NCBI GenBank assembly: GCA_964518835.1
Contig: CAZFKU010000001.1
Span: 19,923 to 83,922 of the forward strand
Reading direction: 5' to 3'
Length of the DNA stretch: 64,000 nucleotides
From: an uncultured bacterium
GTDB lineage: Bacteria; Fidelibacterota; Marinisomatia; Marinisomatales; AB-629-J13
In this document: positions 1-8,417 of the stretch, piece after piece
How the letters are laid out: each line of letters begins with the position of its first letter
How positions within the stretch are numbered: position 1 is the first letter of the stretch
Notes under the pieces: generated by a model
What the model was told of the DNA's origin: nothing
Seen by the model: the letters and a program-made list of their open reading frames with translations, nothing else
Databases searched by the model: none
Position numbers and translations under genes: made by a program

Positions 1-613
1 GTATATGCCGGGAATGAGTCGTAACTGCCAATATCAAAGTGAAAGGTACCATAACTATAGATGCAGTCGCCAGAACAGGGTCATCCAATAGCCATCCGCA
101 AAAACAGGAAAGTAAAAATAAAATGCTGGAGAAAACCCCAATTTTTCTGCGAAATAATGTTATTGTATTATCATCAAGTTCGATGAAATAGAGAAGAAAT
201 ATTCCAAAGAACATAGGTAGATAACCGAGAAAATATCCTAAACCCGATAAAATATCTGTTATTCCCCATCCTAAAATCCAACAGATTAAGAAAAAAATAC
301 ATCGTAAAACCCACTCCGATATAACACCCATTTTATCTTTGTCCAATAAAATGCTGTGATTATTTATTTTTAGTATAATCATTGCAATTATCAGAATAGT
401 CAAAGAGATCATTCCCTCATTCCATCCTGAAAATTCCCAGAATGTATGTCTGTCAACCATTCCTGCTTTTGCTGCCATTCCCGCTGCCAGGATTGTCCAG
501 GGAGCAAACCATGAAATAACCTCAAATTTTTCTATGATAATCAAAGGAGCAAATAGTTTTGAAATCATTCCATACAGGGAAGTCTCTGGTTTAATTAATC
601 TGGCGATGATCAT
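1..613 (-). CDS. polytopic membrane protein (partial; C-terminus lies beyond the window start)
   Basis: ATG at 613-611, 3 nt after the stop of the NSS gene. My translation (MIIARLIKPETSLYGMISKLFAPLIIIEKFEVISWFAPWTILAAGMAAKAGMVDRHTFWEF...) stays open to position 1 and is mostly hydrophobic helices. It is absent from the ORF track because there is no stop in the window. Confidence 0.45.
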   Translation of the reverse strand, partial: MIIARLIKPETSLYGMISKLFAPLIIIEKFEVISWFAPWTILAAGMAAKAGMVDRHTFWEFSGWNEGMISLTILIIAMIILKINNHSILLDKDKMGVISEWVLRCIFFLICWILGWGITDILSGLGYFLGYLPMFFGIFLLYFIELDDNTITLFRRKIGVFSSILFLLSCFCGWLLDDPVLATASIVMVPFTLILAVTTHSRHI

Positions 614-616
614 GGA

Positions 617-1990
617 TTAACCAATTAACGGAGCACCAAAAAATATTTCTATTATCTCATTTAATATGATTAAACCCACAACAAGCGATGCAATTACAAA
701 TAATAATTTTACTGCAGGGACAGAGATTTTTTTTGATGTCATCCCTAAGAAAAATTCCTCTAAAAAGTTTGGAACTCCCCAACGGTTTAAAATGAAGACG
801 GCTGTCAGCATTCCTCCAATGGGTAACATATATTTCGCTGATAGGTAATCCATAAAGTCAAAAAATGTCATTTTAAAAATAAATGCAAAATCAGTGAAAT
901 CTCCCATAGACAACGAACAGAATATCCCCACAAAGGTAATGATAATTCCAAACACAACTGTAGCCCGAGTCCTACTCCACCCTTTTTGATCAATGAAATA
1001 AGCTGTTACAACTTCCAAAATTGAAATTGCAGATGTGAGAGCTGCTAAAAATAATAAAAAGAAAAAGAGAGTACCCCACAATAAACCACCTGCAATTTTA
1101 GGAAAAATGGTTGGTAATACCACAAAAATCAATCCCGCTCCCTGTTGAGGATTAGCACCTACAGAAAACACAGTTGTAAAAATTGCCAAGCCGGCTAAGA
1201 GAGCAATCCCTGTATCAAGAATGACTATCCAAATTGCTGAATTGAGGAGGTTTTGTTCCTTTCTGAGATAGCTTCCGTAGGTGATCATGGTTCCCATTCC
1301 CAGGCTCAGAGTAAAAAAGGAATGTCCCAGAGCCAAAACGATGCTGGAAGCAGTGATGTCCTCAAATTTTGGTTTGAACAGAAAGGAAAATCCGGCACTT
1401 GCATTTGGCAAGGTGATACCTCGAATAACTAAAACAATTAAAATGAAAAATATCATCGGCATCATTACTTTTGTCCATTTTTCAATTCCACCTTTAATCC
1501 CATGTACGATGACCCAAATGGACAATCCCATAAAAATGATGTGCCAGAATAATGGATTCCATGGGTTGGTGATAAAATTATCGAAGACGGCTCCTGATAG
1601 ATCAGGATTTCCCGCTAATTCTGAAAATCCTCCTGTCAATGACAAAAAAGTGTAACGTAAGGTCCATCCTCCTACAACTCCGTAAAATGCCAGAATTACA
1701 AAAGCTGACAAAACCCCAAGCACTCCTACCCATTTCCAATAGGAATTAGGAGCTAACTTTTCAAAAGCGCCTACAGGACTCAATTGAGTTTTTCGACCAA
1801 TTACAATTTCCCCAATGACAATGGGCATTCCCACAATCAGGATACACAGTAAATAAATTAAAGTAAATGCACCCCCACCGTTCTCACCTGCGATATATGG
1901 ATATTTCCAAATATTTCCCAATCCCACTGCTGATCCTGATGCAGCCAAAATAAATCCAAATTTAGATCCCCAATGTTCTCTTTTTTCCAT
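617..1990 (-). CDS. neurotransmitter:sodium symporter (NSS/SNF, SLC6-like) family transporter
   Basis: 457 aa. N-terminal signature WGSKFGFILAASGSAVGLGNIWKYPYIAGENGGGAF is typical of the NSS family. Many hydrophobic helices. Confidence 0.92.
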   Translation of the reverse strand: MEKREHWGSKFGFILAASGSAVGLGNIWKYPYIAGENGGGAFTLIYLLCILIVGMPIVIGEIVIGRKTQLSPVGAFEKLAPNSYWKWVGVLGVLSAFVILAFYGVVGGWTLRYTFLSLTGGFSELAGNPDLSGAVFDNFITNPWNPLFWHIIFMGLSIWVIVHGIKGGIEKWTKVMMPMIFFILIVLVIRGITLPNASAGFSFLFKPKFEDITASSIVLALGHSFFTLSLGMGTMITYGSYLRKEQNLLNSAIWIVILDTGIALLAGLAIFTTVFSVGANPQQGAGLIFVVLPTIFPKIAGGLLWGTLFFFLLFLAALTSAISILEVVTAYFIDQKGWSRTRATVVFGIIITFVGIFCSLSMGDFTDFAFIFKMTFFDFMDYLSAKYMLPIGGMLTAVFILNRWGVPNFLEEFFLGMTSKKISVPAVKLLFVIASLVVGLIILNEIIEIFFGAPLIG

Positions 1991-2002
1991 AATATTTTTC
2001 CG

Positions 2003-2410
2003 TTATTCTGTTTTTTCTGAATTGATATCCTTGATGGGTGTTTCCATGACAGTTTCATGGGGCTTTAAATGTGCTTCTACAACTGCATCCATAAATCCAT
2101 AAAAATAAATAAAAAATGTCCACCATGCAGATTTATTTCGCTTTGAAATTGCAGAGGTCACATTATCGCATTTTACATCTAAACGATAATCGTTAAATTT
2201 AATGAGACTGTAAATTTCGAGTCCGATGAGAATTCCACCTTTAAAATAGTTTCCATTGTAAAATTGTCCCACACCGGGAAAAATTAATGCATATTTTGCA
2301 GCTTCAGAAGGAGATTTGATCTCTAATGAATCCACAGGTTCAGCGTTCATAATATTGATAGAGAAAACTAATCCGATACCTGTTAAAATACATGAGGAAC
2401 TGCTATTCAT
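2003..2410 (-). CDS. small membrane or secreted protein, DUF5683-like
   Basis: Motif IFPGVGQFYNGNYFKGGIL resembles the PG-GQ-YN-K motif of DUF5683 proteins. The ATG at 2410 overlaps the ridA stop as ATGAATAG; the track ORF starts at 2431. Confidence 0.5.
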   Translation of the reverse strand: MNSSSSCILTGIGLVFSINIMNAEPVDSLEIKSPSEAAKYALIFPGVGQFYNGNYFKGGILIGLEIYSLIKFNDYRLDVKCDNVTSAISKRNKSAWWTFFIYFYGFMDAVVEAHLKPHETVMETPIKDINSEKTE

Positions 2411-2792
2411 CCTGCACTGCAATGCATTCAATTTCGATCTTTGAATTTAGGGGTAATTTGCTTACCTGAACCATGGATCGTGCGGGAAATGATTTAGAAT
2501 CAAACCAGTGATCAATGGATTTATTTACATGAGGAGCAAGTGAAAGATCCGTTAAAAAAACGGTAAGTTTAACAGCATTGATAAGAGCGCTGTTTCCTGC
2601 TTTACAAACTTGGTCCAGATTATGAAAGATTTGATCAATTTGCATATCAATATCACCATCAATCAATTCGTTTGTTTCCGGATTCAGTGGAATTTGCCCT
2701 GCGGTAAAAATAAATCCTTTACTGGCTATTCCTTGATTGTACGACCCTACCGCTGTCGGAGCACATTTTGTATTTATAACTGTTCTTGCCAT
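2403..2792 (-). CDS. ridA: RidA/YjgF/L-PSP family reactive-intermediate deaminase
   Basis: 129 aa. It has APTAVGSYNQGI...FTAGQIPLNP, VKLTVFLTD, FPARSMVQVSKLP and IEIECIA, the full-length RidA pattern. Confidence 0.9.
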   Translation of the reverse strand: MARTVINTKCAPTAVGSYNQGIASKGFIFTAGQIPLNPETNELIDGDIDMQIDQIFHNLDQVCKAGNSALINAVKLTVFLTDLSLAPHVNKSIDHWFDSKSFPARSMVQVSKLPLNSKIEIECIAVQDE

Positions 2793-3217
2793 TAGTTATC
2801 CGTACACCAAACCGGTAATCCAATATTTTGATCTAATTGTCTAAATATATTAGTGTCAATTTTGCGAATAATAAATTCACCAACAACTGCAACATCCATT
2901 TCAAATAGATGTCCTCCTTTTACTTCTAAATCATGTTTTCCAATGGTTATATGAGCATGGATAAATGGATTGTTTTCCTTTAATGTTATATTTCCTTGAA
3001 ATGATAAAAGCTCAAAAACATCAGATAAGTGTTTTTTAAAATAAGATTTTGATTTTACATCAAAAGTTCCTAACTCTATTTCTTTCACCGCGCCAATACC
3101 AGATATTTGCCCATTTTGAATATCAAGATCTTCACATACTGATGTGAGAGACTTCATTACAGGTTCATCTTTTTGAACATATACAAGAATTTCTTTTCCG
3201 GAGTTTACTATTTTCAT
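2792..3217 (-). CDS. PPC (DUF296) domain protein
   Basis: 141 aa. The pattern SGIGAV..ELG...FELLSFQGNIT....PFIHAHITIG.....GGHL is typical of the PPC/DUF296 fold. Its stop overlaps the ridA start as TAATG. Confidence 0.7.
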   Translation of the reverse strand: MKIVNSGKEILVYVQKDEPVMKSLTSVCEDLDIQNGQISGIGAVKEIELGTFDVKSKSYFKKHLSDVFELLSFQGNITLKENNPFIHAHITIGKHDLEVKGGHLFEMDVAVVGEFIIRKIDTNIFRQLDQNIGLPVWCTDN

Positions 3218-3218
3218 T

Positions 3219-5810
3219 TTACGTATCCATTATCAATTTTTTTGCTAATTGTAATCCATGCGTAATTGCAGATTCTAAATTTTCTTTATTTTTTCCACCA
3301 GAAGTTGCTAAGTGGGGTTTACCACCACCACCACCATTTATGATTTTACCAATTTCTTTCGAAATATTTCCTGCATGTAATCCAGACTTTACAAGATCCT
3401 TGGTTACAATTACAACCATTTGAGGTTTTTCTTCAGAAATAGTTCCCAAAATACCAATTCCTGATTGAATTTTTTTCTGCAGTGAATCTCCTAAAATTTT
3501 CAGGTCATTTAGTGTTGAATTCTCAATTATTGATGATACCAATAAAGATTTTCCGATTTTTTCCCCACTTTTAATCAGAGAGGAATAGTCAAATTCAGGG
3601 GATTTTTTGTTCTGCTTTAATTTTTTCTCTAAAGATTTTTTTTCATCAATAATTTGATCTACACGTGAATTCAATTCGTCAGAACTACAGTTAAATTTTA
3701 GAGTCAGATTTTTTACAAGTGTACTTTGATATTGGATGAAGTTCACCGCTTCTTTACCTGTTATTGCAGCAATTCGCCTGACTCCTGCTGATAATGATGA
3801 TTCCTCAGTGATTTTAAAAATTCCAATTTCACCTGTTCGGTTAACATGAGTTCCTCCACATAACTCCTTTGAAAAATTTCCAACGGAAATAACCCTCACT
3901 TCATCACCATATTTCTCTCCAAACAAAGCTTCCACTCCTTCATTTCGAGCGATTTCAAACGGTTTTATTTCAACATTTAGGGAATTATTTTTCAATATTT
4001 CTTCGTTCACTAATTGTTCAATCTCCTTTAGCTGAGAAGCATTTATCTTTTCGTGATGAGTCAAATCAAAACGTAAATAGTCAGGAGCTACAAGTGAACC
4101 AGCCTGGTGCACATGGTCTCCCAATACTTTTTTTAATGCGGAATGAAGTAAATGAGTTGCAGTATGATTCAGCCGAATTGCCTGTCTTCTTTCTCTGTCA
4201 ACAATACACTTCACTTTATTCTTTAACTGATCATCAGAAAGCGTTCCTTTACAGATATGTAAAATAGAATTACTGTTGTCTGAGATTGTATTTTCAACCC
4301 TAAGTTTTTGATTCTCAGTTTCAATAACTCCCGTATCGCCAATTTGTCCGCCGGATTCCGCATAAAAAGGGGTTTGATCTAAAATGAGAATTGTCTGATC
4401 ATCCTTACTGGATATTTTACGAATTTCAGAATTGGAGGACAGAGTTTCATATCCGAGAAAAGTGGAATCTTCCCCTTCTGATATTGTCTGCCATTGAATA
4501 TCTTCTTCATTGACAGAAAACTTTTTATGGGTTCTGGCTCGTTTTTTCTGTTTGTCCATTTCCATATTAAATGCTTCGATATCTACCTTTATCCCCTTTT
4601 CCCTGGCGAGAAGTTGGGTTAAATCCAATGGGAATCCGTAAGTATCGTATAATTTAAATGCATCCTTTCCGGGAATTGAATCTGAAGTTACAGAACTAAG
4701 TATTTTTTCGAAATGTAAAAGTCCCCTGTCAAGGGTATTATTAAATGATATTTCCTCGGAATGAATCACTTTTTTAATATGGGATTTTTTATCATTCAGT
4801 TCGGTGTAAGTTTCACCCAGAATGGAACACACAGGTTCAACAAGTTCCGCAAGAAAGGGTTCTTCAAATTTCAGTTGACGACCAAACCGTGCCGCCCGTC
4901 TTAATATTCTTCTTAATACATAACCACGTCCTTCATTTGAAGGCAAAACTCCATCAGAAATTGAAATGGACAGCATCCGGATATGGTCAGCGATGACTCT
5001 GTAAGGAACCGGATTTTCAGCAGGAGATATTCCTGCTAATTCTTCAATACTTTGTATTATGGGCATAAAAAGATCAGTGTCATAATTATTTATCTTTCCC
5101 TGCATGACCGCAGTGAGTCTTTCCAACCCTGCCCCTGTATCGATGTGTTTTTCAGATAGATCTACCAATTCGTCCTTGTTTATTCGGTTATGTTGTATAA
5201 AAACCAAGTTCCATAATTCCCAATATTCCGGTGATATATTGAGTTTGTTGGGATCCTGATTCTCTATACCCTCATCAATAAAATAATGAATTTCCGAACA
5301 CGGACCACAGGGACCTGTTTCACCCATTTCCCAGAAATTATACTTTTTCCCAAATCTGAGAATTCTGTTTTCATTAATATCCGTAACTTTTTTCCAGAGA
5401 TTGTATGATTCATCATCTGTTTCATATACCGTTGCCCATAATCTGTTTTTATCAATTTCCCATTCCTTTGTCAATAATCTCCAGGCCCAGGAAATAGCTT
5501 CTTCCTTGTAATAATCCCCAAAGGACCAATTTCCCATCATTTCAAAAAATGTATGGTGAAATGTATCCAATCCTACTTCCTCAAGGTCATTATGTTTACC
5601 ACTGACACGAATGCATTTCTGGCTGTTCATCACACGATTGTGAACAGGTTTTTCCTTATCCAGAAAGACAGGTTTAAACTGATTCATTCCTGCATTTGTG
5701 AACAACAAAGTGGGATCATTGATCGGAACTACCGGAGCTCCACGGACAAACTGATGGTTATAATTTTTGAAAAATTCCAGGAAGGAGTTACGAAGGTCTT
5801 GGCTCGTCAA
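3219..5810 (-). CDS. alaS: alanine--tRNA ligase
   Basis: 863 aa. Class II AlaRS N-terminus FLEFFK..NH..V.GAPVVPINDPTLLFTNAGMNQFKPVFL, editing-domain HTATHLLH, and C-terminal GGGGGKP. Confidence 0.97.
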   Translation of the reverse strand: MTSQDLRNSFLEFFKNYNHQFVRGAPVVPINDPTLLFTNAGMNQFKPVFLDKEKPVHNRVMNSQKCIRVSGKHNDLEEVGLDTFHHTFFEMMGNWSFGDYYKEEAISWAWRLLTKEWEIDKNRLWATVYETDDESYNLWKKVTDINENRILRFGKKYNFWEMGETGPCGPCSEIHYFIDEGIENQDPNKLNISPEYWELWNLVFIQHNRINKDELVDLSEKHIDTGAGLERLTAVMQGKINNYDTDLFMPIIQSIEELAGISPAENPVPYRVIADHIRMLSISISDGVLPSNEGRGYVLRRILRRAARFGRQLKFEEPFLAELVEPVCSILGETYTELNDKKSHIKKVIHSEEISFNNTLDRGLLHFEKILSSVTSDSIPGKDAFKLYDTYGFPLDLTQLLAREKGIKVDIEAFNMEMDKQKKRARTHKKFSVNEEDIQWQTISEGEDSTFLGYETLSSNSEIRKISSKDDQTILILDQTPFYAESGGQIGDTGVIETENQKLRVENTISDNSNSILHICKGTLSDDQLKNKVKCIVDRERRQAIRLNHTATHLLHSALKKVLGDHVHQAGSLVAPDYLRFDLTHHEKINASQLKEIEQLVNEEILKNNSLNVEIKPFEIARNEGVEALFGEKYGDEVRVISVGNFSKELCGGTHVNRTGEIGIFKITEESSLSAGVRRIAAITGKEAVNFIQYQSTLVKNLTLKFNCSSDELNSRVDQIIDEKKSLEKKLKQNKKSPEFDYSSLIKSGEKIGKSLLVSSIIENSTLNDLKILGDSLQKKIQSGIGILGTISEEKPQMVVIVTKDLVKSGLHAGNISKEIGKIINGGGGGKPHLATSGGKNKENLESAITHGLQLAKKLIMDT

Positions 5811-5888
5811 TTTGATAAATTATATCTTAATTTGAAAGAAAAATTACGGAAAATGAAAATGAGAAGTTGTAGGTATTTACGTGATTAA

Positions 5889-7481
5889 TTATAAACTAAA
5901 ACTAGTTTCAATTCCCGTTAAATTAATGGATTCAGAATCTTCAATGGTTCCGTTTCCGTTGGTATCCCTGAACATACGCTTGTAAATATAATTCACCACT
6001 AATCCGTCCCCCATAGAGATCCCCAGACGATATCCCATGACGGTGCTTTCAGTAAATACAAATTCAAATGGATTTGGAACGTTTTTTTGCTGATAAAATA
6101 ATTCAGCTCTGCTCAATCTTGAAATTTGTTTATTCATGGAAAGGGAAGCAAAAATATTCTGATTCGACTCATTTTCAAACTCATTTTTTTCCCTATTCCA
6201 TTGATCACCGTTGAGAGTTTGAAATGATATATTGGCATTGATTAAACTAAGCAAATTGGACTGAATTCCAAGATAAAGCCCTTTCTGTTTTCCCCTTATT
6301 CCCAATTTACTTTCTTTTGTAGAAATACTGGTGTTACCACCACTTATTTGTGAAAATGTTGCCCGTTCCAGTTCATAACTGCGATTCCAATAACCAAATT
6401 CAAATTTTCCGTTTGGAATCATTCTATACTCTAAAATGCAGTGGACGGGACCCAATTTTGCACGAAGTCCCAAGGGAATGATTCCGCTTCCCAGAGAAAC
6501 AGTATTGTCGGTTTCCGGATCCCGGGTTTCCCCTATCATTTTAGCGAATTGTGCATACATCACGAGTGAAAAATTTTCTTCTTCCATAACAGGAATTCCC
6601 ACATCAACTGAAAACGCTGAAATCGGATCAGCATCTTCATTAACATTTAATGGTTCCGGAAGAAGAGAAATTTCATTATCCGGGAGAGAATCATAAAATG
6701 CTTCCTGAGTAAAGTCCTGACCTACTGCGTTGCCAAGATTATCCCAAAATTGATGAATAGATTCTAAGTCACCTTCAATATCGGGAAGACCATCTCCATC
6801 CCTGTCAAATTCATTTTCAATATCATTATCTGCAAATCCATCTAGATCACTGTCTATCCAAAATTGTTCATCATCCGGAAAATCATCCACCAAATTGGGA
6901 CGACCGTCTCCATCGGAATCTTTCAATCCCAAATATTGATTGCGATCAAAAACAGCGGAAATTCCCACAGGAAATGCAAGGAGTGCGGTGGTCTGCATCC
7001 TGATTCCTGCTAATCCAATGTTTTCCTTGAAATCATTCACAAATCCCTGGAACGAATACAATCCTTTTGAATATTCAAAATTCATACCGGTTTTTCTGAC
7101 TTGAGGATATTCAATGGAGTTGGAATACCCATCCACCAAAATACCGTAACCAAGTTGAACTAGGTCCAACGCTCCAATTTTTCCGAATAAGGGGTCACCA
7201 GGATAACCGTACCTCAGATAGTAGATTTTGTCAATCAATGAATTTTTAATTGCATTCCCGTCTGAAAAATCCCATTCATCCTTGTGGAGATTACCATTTT
7301 CATCAAAATAAAATACCAGGTCCAGAGCCAAACCAAATTTTCCTAACGGTATCTCAGGACGGAAGGCAAGTTGATTCCAAATTTTTCCATCCATCGTAAC
7401 CGTTCCAAATGCTCCTGTCATGTTGTTTTTTTCTTGTGCACACAGGAGTGATAAATATAAAATTGGTGTCCATTTTCGCAT
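5889..7481 (-). CDS. secreted or outer-membrane protein with thrombospondin type-3-like calcium-binding repeats
   Basis: Signal peptide MRKWTPILYLSLLCAQ from the ATG at 7481 (the track ORF extends to 7526). Asp-rich DxDxDG repeats DSDGDGRPNLVDD / DSDLDGFADND / DRDGDGLPD at 6768-6923. The flanks have alternating beta-strand-like sequence. Confidence 0.6.
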   Translation of the reverse strand: MRKWTPILYLSLLCAQEKNNMTGAFGTVTMDGKIWNQLAFRPEIPLGKFGLALDLVFYFDENGNLHKDEWDFSDGNAIKNSLIDKIYYLRYGYPGDPLFGKIGALDLVQLGYGILVDGYSNSIEYPQVRKTGMNFEYSKGLYSFQGFVNDFKENIGLAGIRMQTTALLAFPVGISAVFDRNQYLGLKDSDGDGRPNLVDDFPDDEQFWIDSDLDGFADNDIENEFDRDGDGLPDIEGDLESIHQFWDNLGNAVGQDFTQEAFYDSLPDNEISLLPEPLNVNEDADPISAFSVDVGIPVMEEENFSLVMYAQFAKMIGETRDPETDNTVSLGSGIIPLGLRAKLGPVHCILEYRMIPNGKFEFGYWNRSYELERATFSQISGGNTSISTKESKLGIRGKQKGLYLGIQSNLLSLINANISFQTLNGDQWNREKNEFENESNQNIFASLSMNKQISRLSRAELFYQQKNVPNPFEFVFTESTVMGYRLGISMGDGLVVNYIYKRMFRDTNGNGTIEDSESINLTGIETSFSL

Positions 7482-7593
7482 ATAATCACTCATAAAATTT
7501 AGTGAAATTAAAGTGTCACCTTTCATTGAACAACATCTATTTCACTCTGTTCACGGAGTTGTGTTTAAATTATTAGAAAGATTTTATCCAATT

Positions 7594-8274
7594 ATGAAGA
7601 AAATGAAAAAAATTATTTTAATTCTAATAACCGGATTCCTAATAGGGCAACCGGTTCAGCGATCCGTTCTACAGGATATGGATTTTCAGGTAAAAGATAA
7701 CGGCTTGGTCCTTGAATTTGGATTTTCCACAGATATTTCCCTTAATAATGCTTCTGGATGGTATGCCCAAACGGGATGGTTTTATGTCACTTTTTTAAAT
7801 ACTTCAGTTGACAGCAGCAACCTCCCTTCATTAAACAAAACAGAATTAATTCGTGAGATTCAATTTGACCAGATAGGAGAATCCGTGCAATTATCTCTGA
7901 AATTATCGAATCCTCCCGAAAATCATGAGTTTTTTCAAAGATCGGACATGAAACAGCTTTTTCTATCACTTCGGTCACCGATGCCAATCATTGTTCATAC
8001 GGATTCCACTGTTAAACAGGAAATTCAAATTGCAACTACCGAAGTACCTAAACCTGAATTATTCATTCCTGAGAAAGACAAAACTATTTCGAAAATTGGG
8101 TACGTTTTAGGAACTTCCTTTACAATTGCAGGTGTTCTCCAGGAAGATTCAAAAAGTTCCATGAATTGGGAATTACCTGCGGGGATAGGAATTTTATTTG
8201 GAACTTATGTGTACGATAAATATTTTGATAATCATAATGAAATTTCATCAGAAAGATTAGAAGAAGATAACTGA
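7594..8274 (+). CDS. hypothetical membrane-anchored protein
   Basis: Start MKKMKKIILILITGFLIGQ (signal or anchor) at 7594; the track ORF starts at 7513. C-terminal hydrophobic segments are present. TGA stop at 8272-8274. Confidence 0.5.
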   Translation: MKKMKKIILILITGFLIGQPVQRSVLQDMDFQVKDNGLVLEFGFSTDISLNNASGWYAQTGWFYVTFLNTSVDSSNLPSLNKTELIREIQFDQIGESVQLSLKLSNPPENHEFFQRSDMKQLFLSLRSPMPIIVHTDSTVKQEIQIATTEVPKPELFIPEKDKTISKIGYVLGTSFTIAGVLQEDSKSSMNWELPAGIGILFGTYVYDKYFDNHNEISSERLEEDN

Positions 8275-8300
8275 ATCGGACTGATTTATTTGTAACTTTA

Positions 8301-8417
8301 ATGACTATGTGGGAATTATTACCAATATTTGCTGTTTTCTATGTTCTGGGAATGCTGGGGCTGGCTTTCTTTTACCGAATCAAGCAGAATAAAAAAAGAG
8401 AGGATGAAAAGGGTTAG
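8301..8417 (+). CDS. possible 38-aa single-pass membrane peptide
   Basis: ATG at 8301 gives MTMWELLPIFAVFYVLGMLGLAFFYRIKQNKKREDEKG, one hydrophobic helix plus a basic tail. Its stop overlaps the start of the next gene. It is too short for the track. Confidence 0.25.
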   Translation: MTMWELLPIFAVFYVLGMLGLAFFYRIKQNKKREDEKG

